Source of the DNA: a virus
Reading direction: 5' to 3' (one strand)
IMG/VR virus record: IMGVR_UViG_3300035683_000001
Coordinates: 1 to 64,000 of that record
Length of the DNA: 64,000 nucleotides
The position numbers were made by a program, and so were the translations under genes. The notes beneath the pieces were generated by a model. The model was given only the letters and a program-made list of their open reading frames with translations. It had not been told where the DNA came from and searched no databases. Shown in pieces: positions 8,317 to 16,673 of this stretch. Position 1 is the first letter of the stretch. Every line of letters begins with the position of its first letter.

Positions 8317-8742
8317 ATGCAAGCTAAAAACAGAATCAAAAAGCAGCGCAAGCCACCACTAAAACTCAACTACGTCACTTATATCAACTCCCCAGAATGG
8401 AAAGCTAAACACCCCCTATGGCTAAAACAAGCTAGTAATCGCTGTATGCTATTCCCCTGGATTCGAGTCGGCTACGTTGACGGGGTTTACTATCCCTATG
8501 CAATTCACCACAAGGACAAAGCAGCTTATCAAAGCATCGGCACTGAACAGCTAGGCGAACACGTTCTAGTCCTGTCTCGATTTGCTCACAAGTGGGTGTT
8601 TCATTTCCTGCTGAGTGGAGGAAAGAGGCGAGTGAGAGAGCAGAAGGTATTCCCTAATTTCTGGCAGTCTGTAGCAAATGAAATTTGTGTGATTAATGGG
8701 GTACTGCTAAGCCAGTTAAGTAAGTTATTCAGTAAAGCCTAA
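8317..8742 (+). CDS. hypothetical protein, degenerate HNH-like
   Basis: 141-aa ORF. YINSPEWKAK...AIHHKD...FAHKWVFH resembles the phage HNH family (Y..S..W..R...vHH...CH..H), but the Cys ligands are replaced. Confidence 0.35.
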   Translation: MQAKNRIKKQRKPPLKLNYVTYINSPEWKAKHPLWLKQASNRCMLFPWIRVGYVDGVYYPYAIHHKDKAAYQSIGTEQLGEHVLVLSRFAHKWVFHFLLSGGKRRVREQKVFPNFWQSVANEICVINGVLLSQLSKLFSKA

Positions 8743-8747
8743 AAGCC

Positions 8748-9134
8748 ATGATTACCCTAAACATTACCCCAATCGCTAAACCCAGAATGACGCAATCCGA
8801 TCGCTGGAAAGAACGCTCTTGTGTTGTCCAGTATTGGCAATACAAAGACGCGATTAGAGAGGCGATGGAACTGTAGTCATTCCCCCATCCAGCACATATT
8901 ATTTTTGTCTTACCAATGCCATCATCTTGGAGCGAAAAGAAGAAGCGATCGCATGACAGACAGCCGCACTACCAGCGACCCGACTGGGATAATTTAGCCA
9001 AGGGGTTGACCGATGCTTTATTTGATGAAGATTGCGAGTTATGGGATGTTCGGGTGACTAAGCTTTGGGGTAGGCAAGGGCAAATCATTATCTATCCAAT
9101 GGAGTCCATATTCACCAATGCGATAGCGTCCTAG
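8748..9134 (+). pseudogene. rusA: RusA-like Holliday junction resolvase interrupted by one in-frame TAG (8874-8876)
   Basis: Single frame reading MITLNITPIAKPRMTQSDRW...EAMEL*SFPHPAHIIFVLPMPSSWSEKKK...PDWDNLAKGLTDALFDED. The RusA signature PD.DNL.K..DAL is present and the total length (128 aa) is typical. Confidence 0.6.
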
Positions 9135-9164
9135 CTGATAATTGAATAGAGAAAAGATAGCTCA

Positions 9165-9188
9165 CCCCTCGCCCAAGAGGGGTTTTTT
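9165..9188 (+). terminator. rho-independent terminator
   Basis: CCCCTC (9165-9170), 6-nt loop, GAGGGG (9177-9182), then TTTTTT. Confidence 0.65.
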
Positions 9189-9189
9189 A

Positions 9190-9375
9190 TTACCCCATTC
9201 CACCCAACAACCAAGTCGGATCTGCTGTGTGTTTTGCGTGAGAATCCATTACACTACCCAGGCTGTTCATCGCCTTGATGAGATTGAAGACATAAGCGAT
9301 CGCATCTTCCTCGCTCATCTCCATCCGTCGTTCGAACTCATCCCAGATAACCTGTTGTTCTTCTGTTAGCTGCAT
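9190..9375 (-). CDS. hypothetical protein
   Basis: 61-aa acidic ORF on the opposite strand. Confidence 0.35.
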   Translation of the reverse strand: MQLTEEQQVIWDEFERRMEMSEEDAIAYVFNLIKAMNSLGSVMDSHAKHTADPTWLLGGMG

Positions 9376-9410
9376 TACTTCACCTCGGTTTGAAGCAGAG
9401 TTCCTGATTC

Positions 9411-9430
9411 TGACCGCTAGATCTAGCGGT
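9411..9430. repeat. 20-bp perfect palindrome GACCGCTAGATCTAGCGGTC (family copy 1)
   Basis: Read directly from the sequence. It lies in a divergent intergenic region. Confidence 0.95.
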
Positions 9431-9473
9431 CACATCTCAAGGAAAGCTAGGGAGAAATCATCCCCCACCCCTC

Positions 9474-9719
9474 GTGAAACTCGCATACATATCACTAGAA
9501 GGCTGTGTCATTCCTTTCTGTGACCTAGCCAAAGACTCAGAATTAATTGCAGAAATGCAGCTACTACTCCGTAACGCTGGCTGCCAAGTCACTGAACTAG
9601 ACGGCATCTGGTCAGCCAACTTTGCGGCTACGATCGCTACCTTTTGCGCGATTCACGAGCTGACAGCACATGGCATTACCCCAGACCTAGCGACTGAGTT
9701 ACTGGAGTATGGGGATTGA
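9474..9719 (+). CDS. hypothetical protein, possible peptidoglycan-binding-like fold
   Basis: 81-aa ORF. LLRNAGCQVTELDGIWSANFAATIATF resembles PG_binding_1 (L...G....DG.fg..t..A...FQ). Confidence 0.3.
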   Translation: MKLAYISLEGCVIPFCDLAKDSELIAEMQLLLRNAGCQVTELDGIWSANFAATIATFCAIHELTAHGITPDLATELLEYGD

Positions 9720-9722
9720 ATC

Positions 9723-10112
9723 ATGGTGAAAGCAAAATGGAATTTGCCAGAGTTGCCCAAACAAAAAGCCGTTTATAAGTGGAAATGCGATCATGCTGTG
9801 TTTGTCCAGCAGGGATACCAACGGCAAGATGGAACAGAGGCACCTGCTAGAGACTGGATAGCCTACGCACTATCTCAGGCTGATATAGCTGATATATTCC
9901 ACACCGAGTATGTCCGGGCTAACGGCAATATGCTGAGGGCTTGGATTGCGACTGCCGAGAGACTAGACGGAGAGTTCCGGGCTGCGATCGAGGCTGAGGT
10001 ATATCAGTGGGATAGAGAGACTGTTAGGGGTGACGGAAGTGTTGCGTCGTCCCCAAGAGATTCAGTAGATACAGGTGAGTTGCGCGAGTCGCAAGAGTTG
10101 AGCTTTGAATGA
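9723..10112 (+). CDS. putative head-tail joining or tail completion protein
   Basis: 129-aa ORF. The call rests on position (two genes upstream of the major tail protein) and a 4-nt overlap with the next gene. Confidence 0.3.
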   Translation: MVKAKWNLPELPKQKAVYKWKCDHAVFVQQGYQRQDGTEAPARDWIAYALSQADIADIFHTEYVRANGNMLRAWIATAERLDGEFRAAIEAEVYQWDRETVRGDGSVASSPRDSVDTGELRESQELSFE

Positions 10113-12160
10113 TACCAGTCGGCACACAATACCAAAACGTCCGCCAACTACGCGACGACTTAGAAGAACTCGTCGCCACTGAGCTTGGCAAATTCCCCAA
10201 TGGCTTGCCTGCTATCTGGGTAGAGGATAGGCAAGCCCGTACAGTATCCGGTGGGGTGAGCGTCATCATTCAGGAAGACTTTGCTCCAACAGCGACACGG
10301 GCAAGGATGGGGAATCAAAGCGACACAGCCGGGGAATGGGTAGTCGTGCTGAGAAGTTTTGGGACACCGGAGCAATTTAGGGCAGCTAAAGAGAAGATGC
10401 GATCACTTCCTCAATCGATGCGTGAGACTGCGCTGCCATTTCGTGAGGGCGTTGTCCCGCAGGTAACCTTTAGGATTCAGTCAACTATCACGCGAAACAC
10501 CTGGCAGAACTCCCCACTACCTTCGTCTATCGTCACTCCACCACCTCCTCCACCAGACCCAGAAGAACCTGATCCACGTCCTACGCCTATCACCAACATT
10601 CCAGCAAGGCTTATCGATCCATCCCCAGCGAGTAAAGGTAGTTTAGGAATAGGGCTAAACTCAGTTACAGACTACAGTGGCAACCTCGTATTCTTGAATA
10701 TCGCAAAACAGGCTAGGGAGTATGTCACCTCAGCTCCCGGCACTTTTGACACGAACGAAGCCAGCAAGATAGACCGTGACAGCAATGGATGGGCGAAGTC
10801 ACTTACGCCAACATCAGCCGCCCAGTTTACAGAATTAAAGCTAATCTTGTCAGCCAACCGCAGCAACCTACCTACTGGGCGCTATGTAGTGAAATGGGCA
10901 GGAAATGCGACATTCAATTGGTTCCAGGCAAACGTCGTTGAGTCTTCGCCCAATCGCCAGGTTATCGAGGTGGGTAACGTTGATATTTGTTGGATAACCT
11001 TTACTTCTATTGATTCAGCGAACCACTTCCGAGACTTGGTGGTTGTTAAGGAGTCACAAGAAGCACTCCTCGACAGTGGCGAGATATTCAACCCTGACTA
11101 TTTGGTAATCCTTCAGAAATTCCAGACATTGAGGTTCATGGACTGGCAACAAACAAACGGCAGTCCCTTAGTCAACTGGGCAGACAGAGCAACCCCTGAA
11201 CACTTTAGCTATGCGTTGACCAAAGGTGTGCCTTACGAAATTCAAGCCGCTTTATGCAATAAGCTAAATGCTGACGGCTGGTTCAATATTCCGCACCGAG
11301 CAACTGATGCTTTCGTGAACCAAGCGGCGGCGACATTGTTAACAAGTCTCAACGCACCCTTGAAGGCTTATATTGAGTACACCAACGAGCAATGGAACCC
11401 GATTTTCTCACAAGGGGACTGGATTGAAGGGCAAGCGATCGCACGATACTCAGCCTCAATAGAGTCAAGCTTTACGAAGCGATGCAACTGGTTCGGCTGG
11501 AGAACGGATGGGGTAGGGGCAATCTTCAAGTCTGTTTGGGGAGTGCAAGCCAATCGATTAGTCATCGCGTTAGGCGCACAGGCAGCGAATACCTATATTG
11601 CATCTGAATCCTACACCACACCATTGGAAGGGTTGCCACGCACTAATATAGATGCGATCGCTATTGCACCTTACTTTAATGCTGGAGGAGAAGTGGGCAG
11701 CGCTAATGAACCAAACCTAACAACAGTGAAAGGCTGGTCTACAGACGATCTGTTCACTCAAATCAATACAGGCGGATTGCTTAGCGGGGCATATCCTCAA
11801 GGTTTGCTAGCAGAAGCAAAAAACTGGACAGTTCAGCACAAAACCTACTGCAACTCGATTGGCAAACGATTAATTGCCTACGAGGGAGGACAACACTTTG
11901 TAGACTATTCGGTAAATGGGTCTTTAAGATACTTCTTTATTGTTGCTAACCGCTCACCCAAAATGTATCAAGCCTACCTAGACTATCTTGCGGATTGGAA
12001 GGATGCGGGTGGTGAGCTATTTTGCCACTTCCAAGACGCTGGCAATTGGTCAAACTCCGGTTATTGGGGCGCACTGGAGAGTATGGGGCAATATGAAGAG
12101 GGGTCAGCGAAGTACAACGCGCTGTACAACTTTATGATTCAAACTCCGAAGTGGTGGTGA
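10109..12160 (+). CDS. tail-terminator-like N-domain fused to a glycoside-hydrolase-like (clan GH-A type) domain
   Basis: The N-terminal ~130 aa have a pattern typical of small tail completion proteins. A PPPPPPDPEEPDPRPTP linker follows. The C-terminal ~520 aa carry RFMDWQQTN, IEYTNEQWN (Asn-Glu) and IAYEGGQH (Glu), spaced as in TIM-barrel GH-A enzymes. Confidence 0.4.
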   Translation: MIPVGTQYQNVRQLRDDLEELVATELGKFPNGLPAIWVEDRQARTVSGGVSVIIQEDFAPTATRARMGNQSDTAGEWVVVLRSFGTPEQFRAAKEKMRSLPQSMRETALPFREGVVPQVTFRIQSTITRNTWQNSPLPSSIVTPPPPPPDPEEPDPRPTPITNIPARLIDPSPASKGSLGIGLNSVTDYSGNLVFLNIAKQAREYVTSAPGTFDTNEASKIDRDSNGWAKSLTPTSAAQFTELKLILSANRSNLPTGRYVVKWAGNATFNWFQANVVESSPNRQVIEVGNVDICWITFTSIDSANHFRDLVVVKESQEALLDSGEIFNPDYLVILQKFQTLRFMDWQQTNGSPLVNWADRATPEHFSYALTKGVPYEIQAALCNKLNADGWFNIPHRATDAFVNQAAATLLTSLNAPLKAYIEYTNEQWNPIFSQGDWIEGQAIARYSASIESSFTKRCNWFGWRTDGVGAIFKSVWGVQANRLVIALGAQAANTYIASESYTTPLEGLPRTNIDAIAIAPYFNAGGEVGSANEPNLTTVKGWSTDDLFTQINTGGLLSGAYPQGLLAEAKNWTVQHKTYCNSIGKRLIAYEGGQHFVDYSVNGSLRYFFIVANRSPKMYQAYLDYLADWKDAGGELFCHFQDAGNWSNSGYWGALESMGQYEEGSAKYNALYNFMIQTPKWW

Positions 12161-12244
12161 GGGAAGTCTACGAAGACCGCCATAGTCATTAAACTGGGGT
12201 CATTCCTGTGGGGATGAGGATTCATCAGCCTTTTTCTTGCAAGA

Positions 12245-13000
12245 ATGGCAAAGATCATTACTCGTCCCTCAATTAGAGAGACGACTTTAGGTGTCTCGTT
12301 CGCAGTGGCAGAACTGCGCTCTATCACTGTTGGTACTTCAATCGCCACAATCCGGGAATTTCCTGAGTATGGTGTCGCCGTTGGCGCTTCTGTTGCTAAC
12401 AATGCTGAGACAATTCAGTTAAGCTTCGTTCCTACCGCAGCTCAAACCGCTGCTACACCTCCTGTCACTGGTTTCTACCTAGACGCTGGTACTGTCCTAA
12501 GCTTTAGCGCAACCAAAGTTACTATTGCCAAAGGCATCCAGTTAACTACTAGCCCTCAATCTGTTGAGACGCTGCCTATTGTTGGCACGATCGCTTCGGC
12601 TGCTGCTACTAAGACCTCTGGGGCTGTTTTTGTCGTAGGTTGCTCCAAGAGTGATGTAGCTCCTGAGATCAAAACCTCGGATGCAACAAATTATCTATCC
12701 GGAATTGGTGCCGAGATGGTGGTTACCGGGAACAGCAAGAAGTTGTCAATCGAAACCCAATGCATTTATGGTGACCGGGGTACTGACCTACTTCGAAGGT
12801 TTGCCTACGACACAACCTATGTAGGTCGTGAGTTCTATTTTGAGGTACTTTACCCATCAGGCGAATCCCACAAAGGGATCGCTCTTGTAACTAGTGCAAC
12901 CCCTGAAAATACAGCTCAGGAATTGCGTAAGCTCACCTGCGAGGCTCAAGTCCAGGGGCAGGCTTACGAGTTCCTTCCTGCAACGGTTACAGGCGCTTAA
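12245..13000 (+). CDS. major tail protein
   Basis: 251-aa T/S/A/V/G-rich beta-type protein upstream of the chaperone-TMP block and followed by a strong terminator. Confidence 0.55.
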   Translation: MAKIITRPSIRETTLGVSFAVAELRSITVGTSIATIREFPEYGVAVGASVANNAETIQLSFVPTAAQTAATPPVTGFYLDAGTVLSFSATKVTIAKGIQLTTSPQSVETLPIVGTIASAAATKTSGAVFVVGCSKSDVAPEIKTSDATNYLSGIGAEMVVTGNSKKLSIETQCIYGDRGTDLLRRFAYDTTYVGREFYFEVLYPSGESHKGIALVTSATPENTAQELRKLTCEAQVQGQAYEFLPATVTGA

Positions 13001-13018
13001 GCCTTGTTGTGATCCAAA

Positions 13019-13046
13019 AGCCCGTCATTAGTTGGCGGGCTTTTTC
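13019..13046 (+). terminator. rho-independent terminator after the major tail gene
   Basis: AGCCCG (13019-13024), loop, CGGGCT (13036-13041), then a T-run. Confidence 0.7.
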
Positions 13047-13147
13047 TGTTAGTTATTTAACCTCTTCTCGCTCTCGATGCCTTCGCATTACAGCACTAAT
13101 AGTATTAATATTCGTGTTAGTTATTTGCCCTATTTCTCGATAATTCA

Positions 13148-13178
13148 CCTGCAATGCATTGGGGCGATGTTGGTATGT
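13148..13178. repeat. direct repeat A (left copy)
   Basis: CTGCAATGCATTGGGGCGATGTTGGTATGTG is repeated at 13410-13440 with 2 mismatches. It contains the palindrome CAATGCATTG. Confidence 0.85.
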
Positions 13179-13180
13179 GT

Positions 13181-13402
13181 CTAACCTTGTGGATAAGCTA
13201 TCTCGATCCAGTCTCTCAAGTCATTCGCACTATATTCATGAGCCTGGACTGACAGCCAAAGCCATGTTGCGGTGACACCCTTTTGTGCTGCAACCCTACG
13301 CATTAACTCAGGGTATTCCATGCATACTTGCCTAAGCTCATCGGGATGCACATAGCCTTTAGCTTCAGCCTGCGCGATCACTGTTTCAGTGTTTGCGTTC
13401 AT
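13181..13402 (-). CDS. hypothetical protein (moron)
   Basis: 73-aa ORF on the opposite strand, bracketed exactly by the ~31-bp direct repeats. Confidence 0.45.
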   Translation of the reverse strand: MNANTETVIAQAEAKGYVHPDELRQVCMEYPELMRRVAAQKGVTATWLWLSVQAHEYSANDLRDWIEIAYPQG

Positions 13403-13409
13403 TTGTTAG

Positions 13410-13441
13410 CTGCAATGCATTGGGGCGATTTTGGTCGTGTG
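13410..13441. repeat. direct repeat A (right copy)
   Basis: CTGCAATGCATTGGGGCGATTTTGGTCGTGTG. Confidence 0.85.
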
Positions 13442-13513
13442 GCTAGATACATAGTAGCCCCATTATTGTGAATCTTCGATAAAGATAAACTAGGATAAAA
13501 CACCATAACCCCT

Positions 13514-13834
13514 ATGTCCACACCCCAATCTAACCCAATCACCCTAATATCTCCTGCAACGATTACTCGAATGAGCATAGTACTAGAAACCCTCTACATG
13601 ACGGATACATCAGCAATGCAGGGGATGAGAGAAGCGCTGGGGCTGCCTATTCTTACTGATTCATTTTATTGGTGGGAAAAAGGCATTAAAAACGGAGTAA
13701 AGGACAATCGACTGATACAATGCCACGCCAAGCTGCAATCGGTAGAGGACGGGGTTAGGTGGATAGCCTTGCGAACATATGTAGGGACGATCGCTGAGGA
13801 TGATGCTCAAGAGGTAAGCAGTAAAATTGACTGA
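13514..13834 (+). CDS. hypothetical protein
   Basis: 106-aa ORF. Confidence 0.45.
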   Translation: MSTPQSNPITLISPATITRMSIVLETLYMTDTSAMQGMREALGLPILTDSFYWWEKGIKNGVKDNRLIQCHAKLQSVEDGVRWIALRTYVGTIAEDDAQEVSSKID

Positions 13835-14144
13835 AACACCTAATATCCCTATGCCTACAAATAAAAAAGGCTTCACCCCCACTACCTCAGAAGATCCCTG
13901 GACACCTGGACCCACCCAAGAACCAACAACTGACAACGAACAACCTACAGCACAAGAATCAGAACTAGAACCCGACGAGTCCATAGCGATCACACCCCCA
14001 TCCGAACCACCCAATCCAGCCAAGCAGATGTGGACAGGTGGCAGCCTTGTCTTTACGGAAGATAACCGAACAGCCATCCAGTCAGCTCATGCCGCAATGT
14101 GGCAAGCTGATGAGCCAATGTACCTACTGCACGATGACGGGTAG
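13827..14144 (+). CDS. hypothetical P/T/E-rich protein, ends at TAG 14142-14144
   Basis: 105-aa ORF. The same reading frame stays open after the TAG through to 14390. Confidence 0.45.
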   Translation: MTETPNIPMPTNKKGFTPTTSEDPWTPGPTQEPTTDNEQPTAQESELEPDESIAITPPSEPPNPAKQMWTGGSLVFTEDNRTAIQSAHAAMWQADEPMYLLHDDG

Positions 14145-14150
14145 GGTGAC

Positions 14151-14390
14151 TTGCTCATTGCCATCAACCAACAAGCGATCACTCTATTCGGCGCAACCAA
14201 TCCTCAAGCTACAGTCCCTCGATTAATCAACAACGACTTTAACCCTGAGAGGGATTTGACAAGCGATCGCACTGCCAACGAATTCACGTACACTGGCACA
14301 CTGAAGGGGCTGGACTCTGTTTTCCGTCCAGTCACCGAGACGCATCGTAAAATAGCAGAAGGGTTCTGGCTCGTTGTAGTCACGAGCTAG
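14151..14390 (+). CDS. hypothetical protein, or the C-terminal part of the 13827 ORF if the TAG is read through
   Basis: It has only a TTG start, is in frame with 13827-14144, and is separated from it by TAG plus two codons. Confidence 0.35.
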   Translation: MLIAINQQAITLFGATNPQATVPRLINNDFNPERDLTSDRTANEFTYTGTLKGLDSVFRPVTETHRKIAEGFWLVVVTS

Positions 14391-14451
14391 AGTCATGAAC
14401 GACTAACCATAAGTAGGGCAGGGAAGGCTGATAGCAAACCCTGTCTTTTTT

Positions 14452-14763
14452 ATGGCTACCTCCTACCGTTGCTTGCATTCCAAAACTTTCGCTATCTGCC
14501 TGATCAACTGCCGTGTTGAGCAAGTCTCAGCAGCCCCACCCAACCCACAGACGGACGAGGAACGGCAAGCAACCAAGACTACCGTGAAGTGTGGGATAGC
14601 CGCTTTCACCGCAGGGCTATCCGCGCCGATGTCGCTGTACGACTTAGATACTGAGCAATATATCGGACACTGCGAGATTCCAGATGAAGTGCGAGGGGCG
14701 ATCGTGCCGCAGAGTTTTTGTGACCCAGAAGACGCTTTGGAACTAGATCTAACGCTAGAATAG
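14452..14763 (+). CDS. hypothetical protein
   Basis: 103-aa ORF preceded by a hairpin and T-run at about 14417-14450. Confidence 0.4.
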   Translation: MATSYRCLHSKTFAICLINCRVEQVSAAPPNPQTDEERQATKTTVKCGIAAFTAGLSAPMSLYDLDTEQYIGHCEIPDEVRGAIVPQSFCDPEDALELDLTLE

Positions 14764-14791
14764 ATAGCGTTTAGTTAATCAATATGCTATC

Positions 14792-14977
14792 ATGAATATA
14801 GTTCAGCTAATCACTCGGTTACCGGACTTTGAGCGCGAACATCTTAAGCTTTACTGCAAGCTCACGGGCAGAAGTCAAAACGACGTAGTGCGAGAGTTTA
14901 TCCGCTCTCTTCAGATCCCTAATGAAAACGATAGAGTTCAAAATTCGCCCAAACAGAGCAACCAAGCAAAGGATTGA
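14792..14977 (+). CDS. ribbon-helix-helix (CopG-like) protein
   Basis: LPDFEREHLKLYCKLTGRSQNDVVREFIRSL fits an RHH. The 3' end overlaps the tnpB start by 56 nt. Confidence 0.45.
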   Translation: MNIVQLITRLPDFEREHLKLYCKLTGRSQNDVVREFIRSLQIPNENDRVQNSPKQSNQAKD

Positions 14978-16538
14978 CGCTTGGCTGACAGACTTGCGTA
15001 AAGTCTGGAATATGGGTCTTGAACTCTTAGAGGAAAGCCAGCAATGGTATTGGAGAGAAAAGAATAACGCGGTATTTGAAGACGATTACTATCCTGTTCC
15101 GTGGGAGTGGCACGGCAATCAAGATCGAGGGTGGGGCTTGGCTTGTAGTATCACAGCGCCTCACTCTCGACGCTACAGCAAGGTTGACCAGCTTCACTCC
15201 TCACCTGATAGAGATTATCGACTGTGCTGCCCTATTAAACGATCGCCTTCTAATCAACCTCCGACATATATTGTCAAAGGCAAGAACCCTTGGCAAAGTC
15301 TTGGGAGGCACTTTTCTGTCAAGAATCATCTTGACAAAGCATGGTTAACAAGCATCCCTCAAGTATTTATTCGCGGAACTTTGCATAGCCTAGCTAGAGC
15401 GTGGGATGAATACTGCAAGGGCAATCAAAAGCGACCAAGGTTTAAGTCGTCTAATAAGGCGATAAAAACACTAGCTTGTTTTGACTGCTTAAAATCAGTA
15501 ACAGTAAAAGGTGGGGTACTCAAGCTGCCCAAAATCAGTCCATTTATTGTAAAAACATTAAATGAGCGCTGGAACCCTGATATCAAAATTTGTACAGCAA
15601 AACTGTGCAAGCGTCCTAGCGGCTACTATGTCCAACTAACGGGAGAAGTACCAAGCAAGTTTACAAAGCCATCAGCAAGAGCTTGCGGGATAGACGTAGG
15701 CTTGCAGTACATTATTGCTGATGACGCTGACAACGTAGTCGAACCTCCAAAGTATCTACGCAAGACAGAGAAACGACTGAAGCGGTTGCAGCGCAAAGCA
15801 TCCCGACAATACCGGATGAATAAGCGTTCTAAGAATTGGGAGAAAACCCAGAAGCTTGTTGCAAGGCAGCATGAAAAAATAGCCAGCCAACGACGTTTGT
15901 TTAACCACAAAATCAGCACATATCGTGTTAGAACCTATGCGGCAATAGCAGTAGAAGAGATCAAGATCGAGAACTTAGTACGACGACCAAAGCCTGTAGA
16001 AACTGAAGAGGGTTCAGGGGTTTGGCAGAAAAACAGAGCAGCCCAAAAGTCAGGGTTAAACAAATCCTTCACTGACGCTGGTTTAGGGCAATTGCTCACT
16101 ATGATTGAAACCAAGTGCAAGGCATCCGGCAGACTGTTTGAGAGAGTGCCGCCTCAATATACCTCTCAGGATTGCCCTGAATGTGGTTATCGACAAAAGA
16201 AGTCTTTGAGCCAAAGGACTCATCAATGCCAGCAGTGCGGGTATACGGCAAAACGTGACGTAGCTGCGGCTATCAATATTTTTGCAAAGTCTAGCTTTGC
16301 TGAAATCTACCCTCGTTCTGTGAGGGAAAGTCAAGCCTGTGGATCGACTATTAGTCGGGATGAAGCAGGAACGGTTGCAAAACCGACATCGGGTAGTTTA
16401 CCCGACACTATCACCCAACTCTGTTTGTTTGAGTTTTCATCAACATCTACGAGAGATTTACGCAAGAAGGTCTTGAGGCAAAAGCCTCGCAAGTGTCTTG
16501 GATGGGAGCAATTGCAATTGTTCTCAGAGTCAGGGTGA
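14922..16538 (+). CDS. tnpB: IS200/IS605-family TnpB (RuvC-type RNA-guided endonuclease)
   Basis: N-terminal MKTIEFKIRPN..Q. RuvC triad GIDVGL / AVEEIKIENL / RDVAAAINI. Zinc ribbon CPECG...CQQCG. No tnpA is adjacent. Confidence 0.9.
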   Translation: MKTIEFKIRPNRATKQRIDAWLTDLRKVWNMGLELLEESQQWYWREKNNAVFEDDYYPVPWEWHGNQDRGWGLACSITAPHSRRYSKVDQLHSSPDRDYRLCCPIKRSPSNQPPTYIVKGKNPWQSLGRHFSVKNHLDKAWLTSIPQVFIRGTLHSLARAWDEYCKGNQKRPRFKSSNKAIKTLACFDCLKSVTVKGGVLKLPKISPFIVKTLNERWNPDIKICTAKLCKRPSGYYVQLTGEVPSKFTKPSARACGIDVGLQYIIADDADNVVEPPKYLRKTEKRLKRLQRKASRQYRMNKRSKNWEKTQKLVARQHEKIASQRRLFNHKISTYRVRTYAAIAVEEIKIENLVRRPKPVETEEGSGVWQKNRAAQKSGLNKSFTDAGLGQLLTMIETKCKASGRLFERVPPQYTSQDCPECGYRQKKSLSQRTHQCQQCGYTAKRDVAAAINIFAKSSFAEIYPRSVRESQACGSTISRDEAGTVAKPTSGSLPDTITQLCLFEFSSTSTRDLRKKVLRQKPRKCLGWEQLQLFSESG

Positions 16539-16673
16539 GATTGGAATTGGTTAGGCAGTTCCCAGGATTAGACTGGAACTAACACAACAAGCTAATGGGA
16601 GCGATAGTAGAACGACCCGGGGGGTGAGCTTGACTTGGTGACTAAGTAATGTAACCGCAATTTCAAGCGGTCA
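16400..16673 (+). ncRNA. putative omega-RNA (reRNA) region of TnpB
   Basis: By analogy, omega-RNAs overlap the tnpB 3' end and run to the right end of the IS. Several hairpins are visible, e.g. AGTTCCCAGG...CTGGAACT at about 16557-16582. The boundaries are guesses. Confidence 0.25.
16650..16673. repeat. 24-mer TGTAACCGCAATTTCAAGCGGTCA (copy 1)
   Basis: Identical to 25259-25282. A variant is at 62333-62356. Confidence 0.95.

Larger units (their letters stand above)
14792..16673 (+). mobile_element. putative tnpB-only IS (IS1341-like); ends not defined
   Basis: tnpB plus about 135 nt of structured downstream sequence, ending at the ACCGCAATTTCAAGCGGT hairpin followed by TCAA. I could not identify the left end. 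Confidence 0.3.

Noticed and set aside
8874-14144. Genome-wide TAG reassignment as the explanation for the two in-frame amber codons.
   Set aside because: TAG terminates many well-supported ORFs here (e.g. 724, 6071, 9134, 14763, 36694, 40847, 60266) with no open frame continuing after them. Global recoding is therefore unlikely. Local readthrough or pseudogenisation remains possible.
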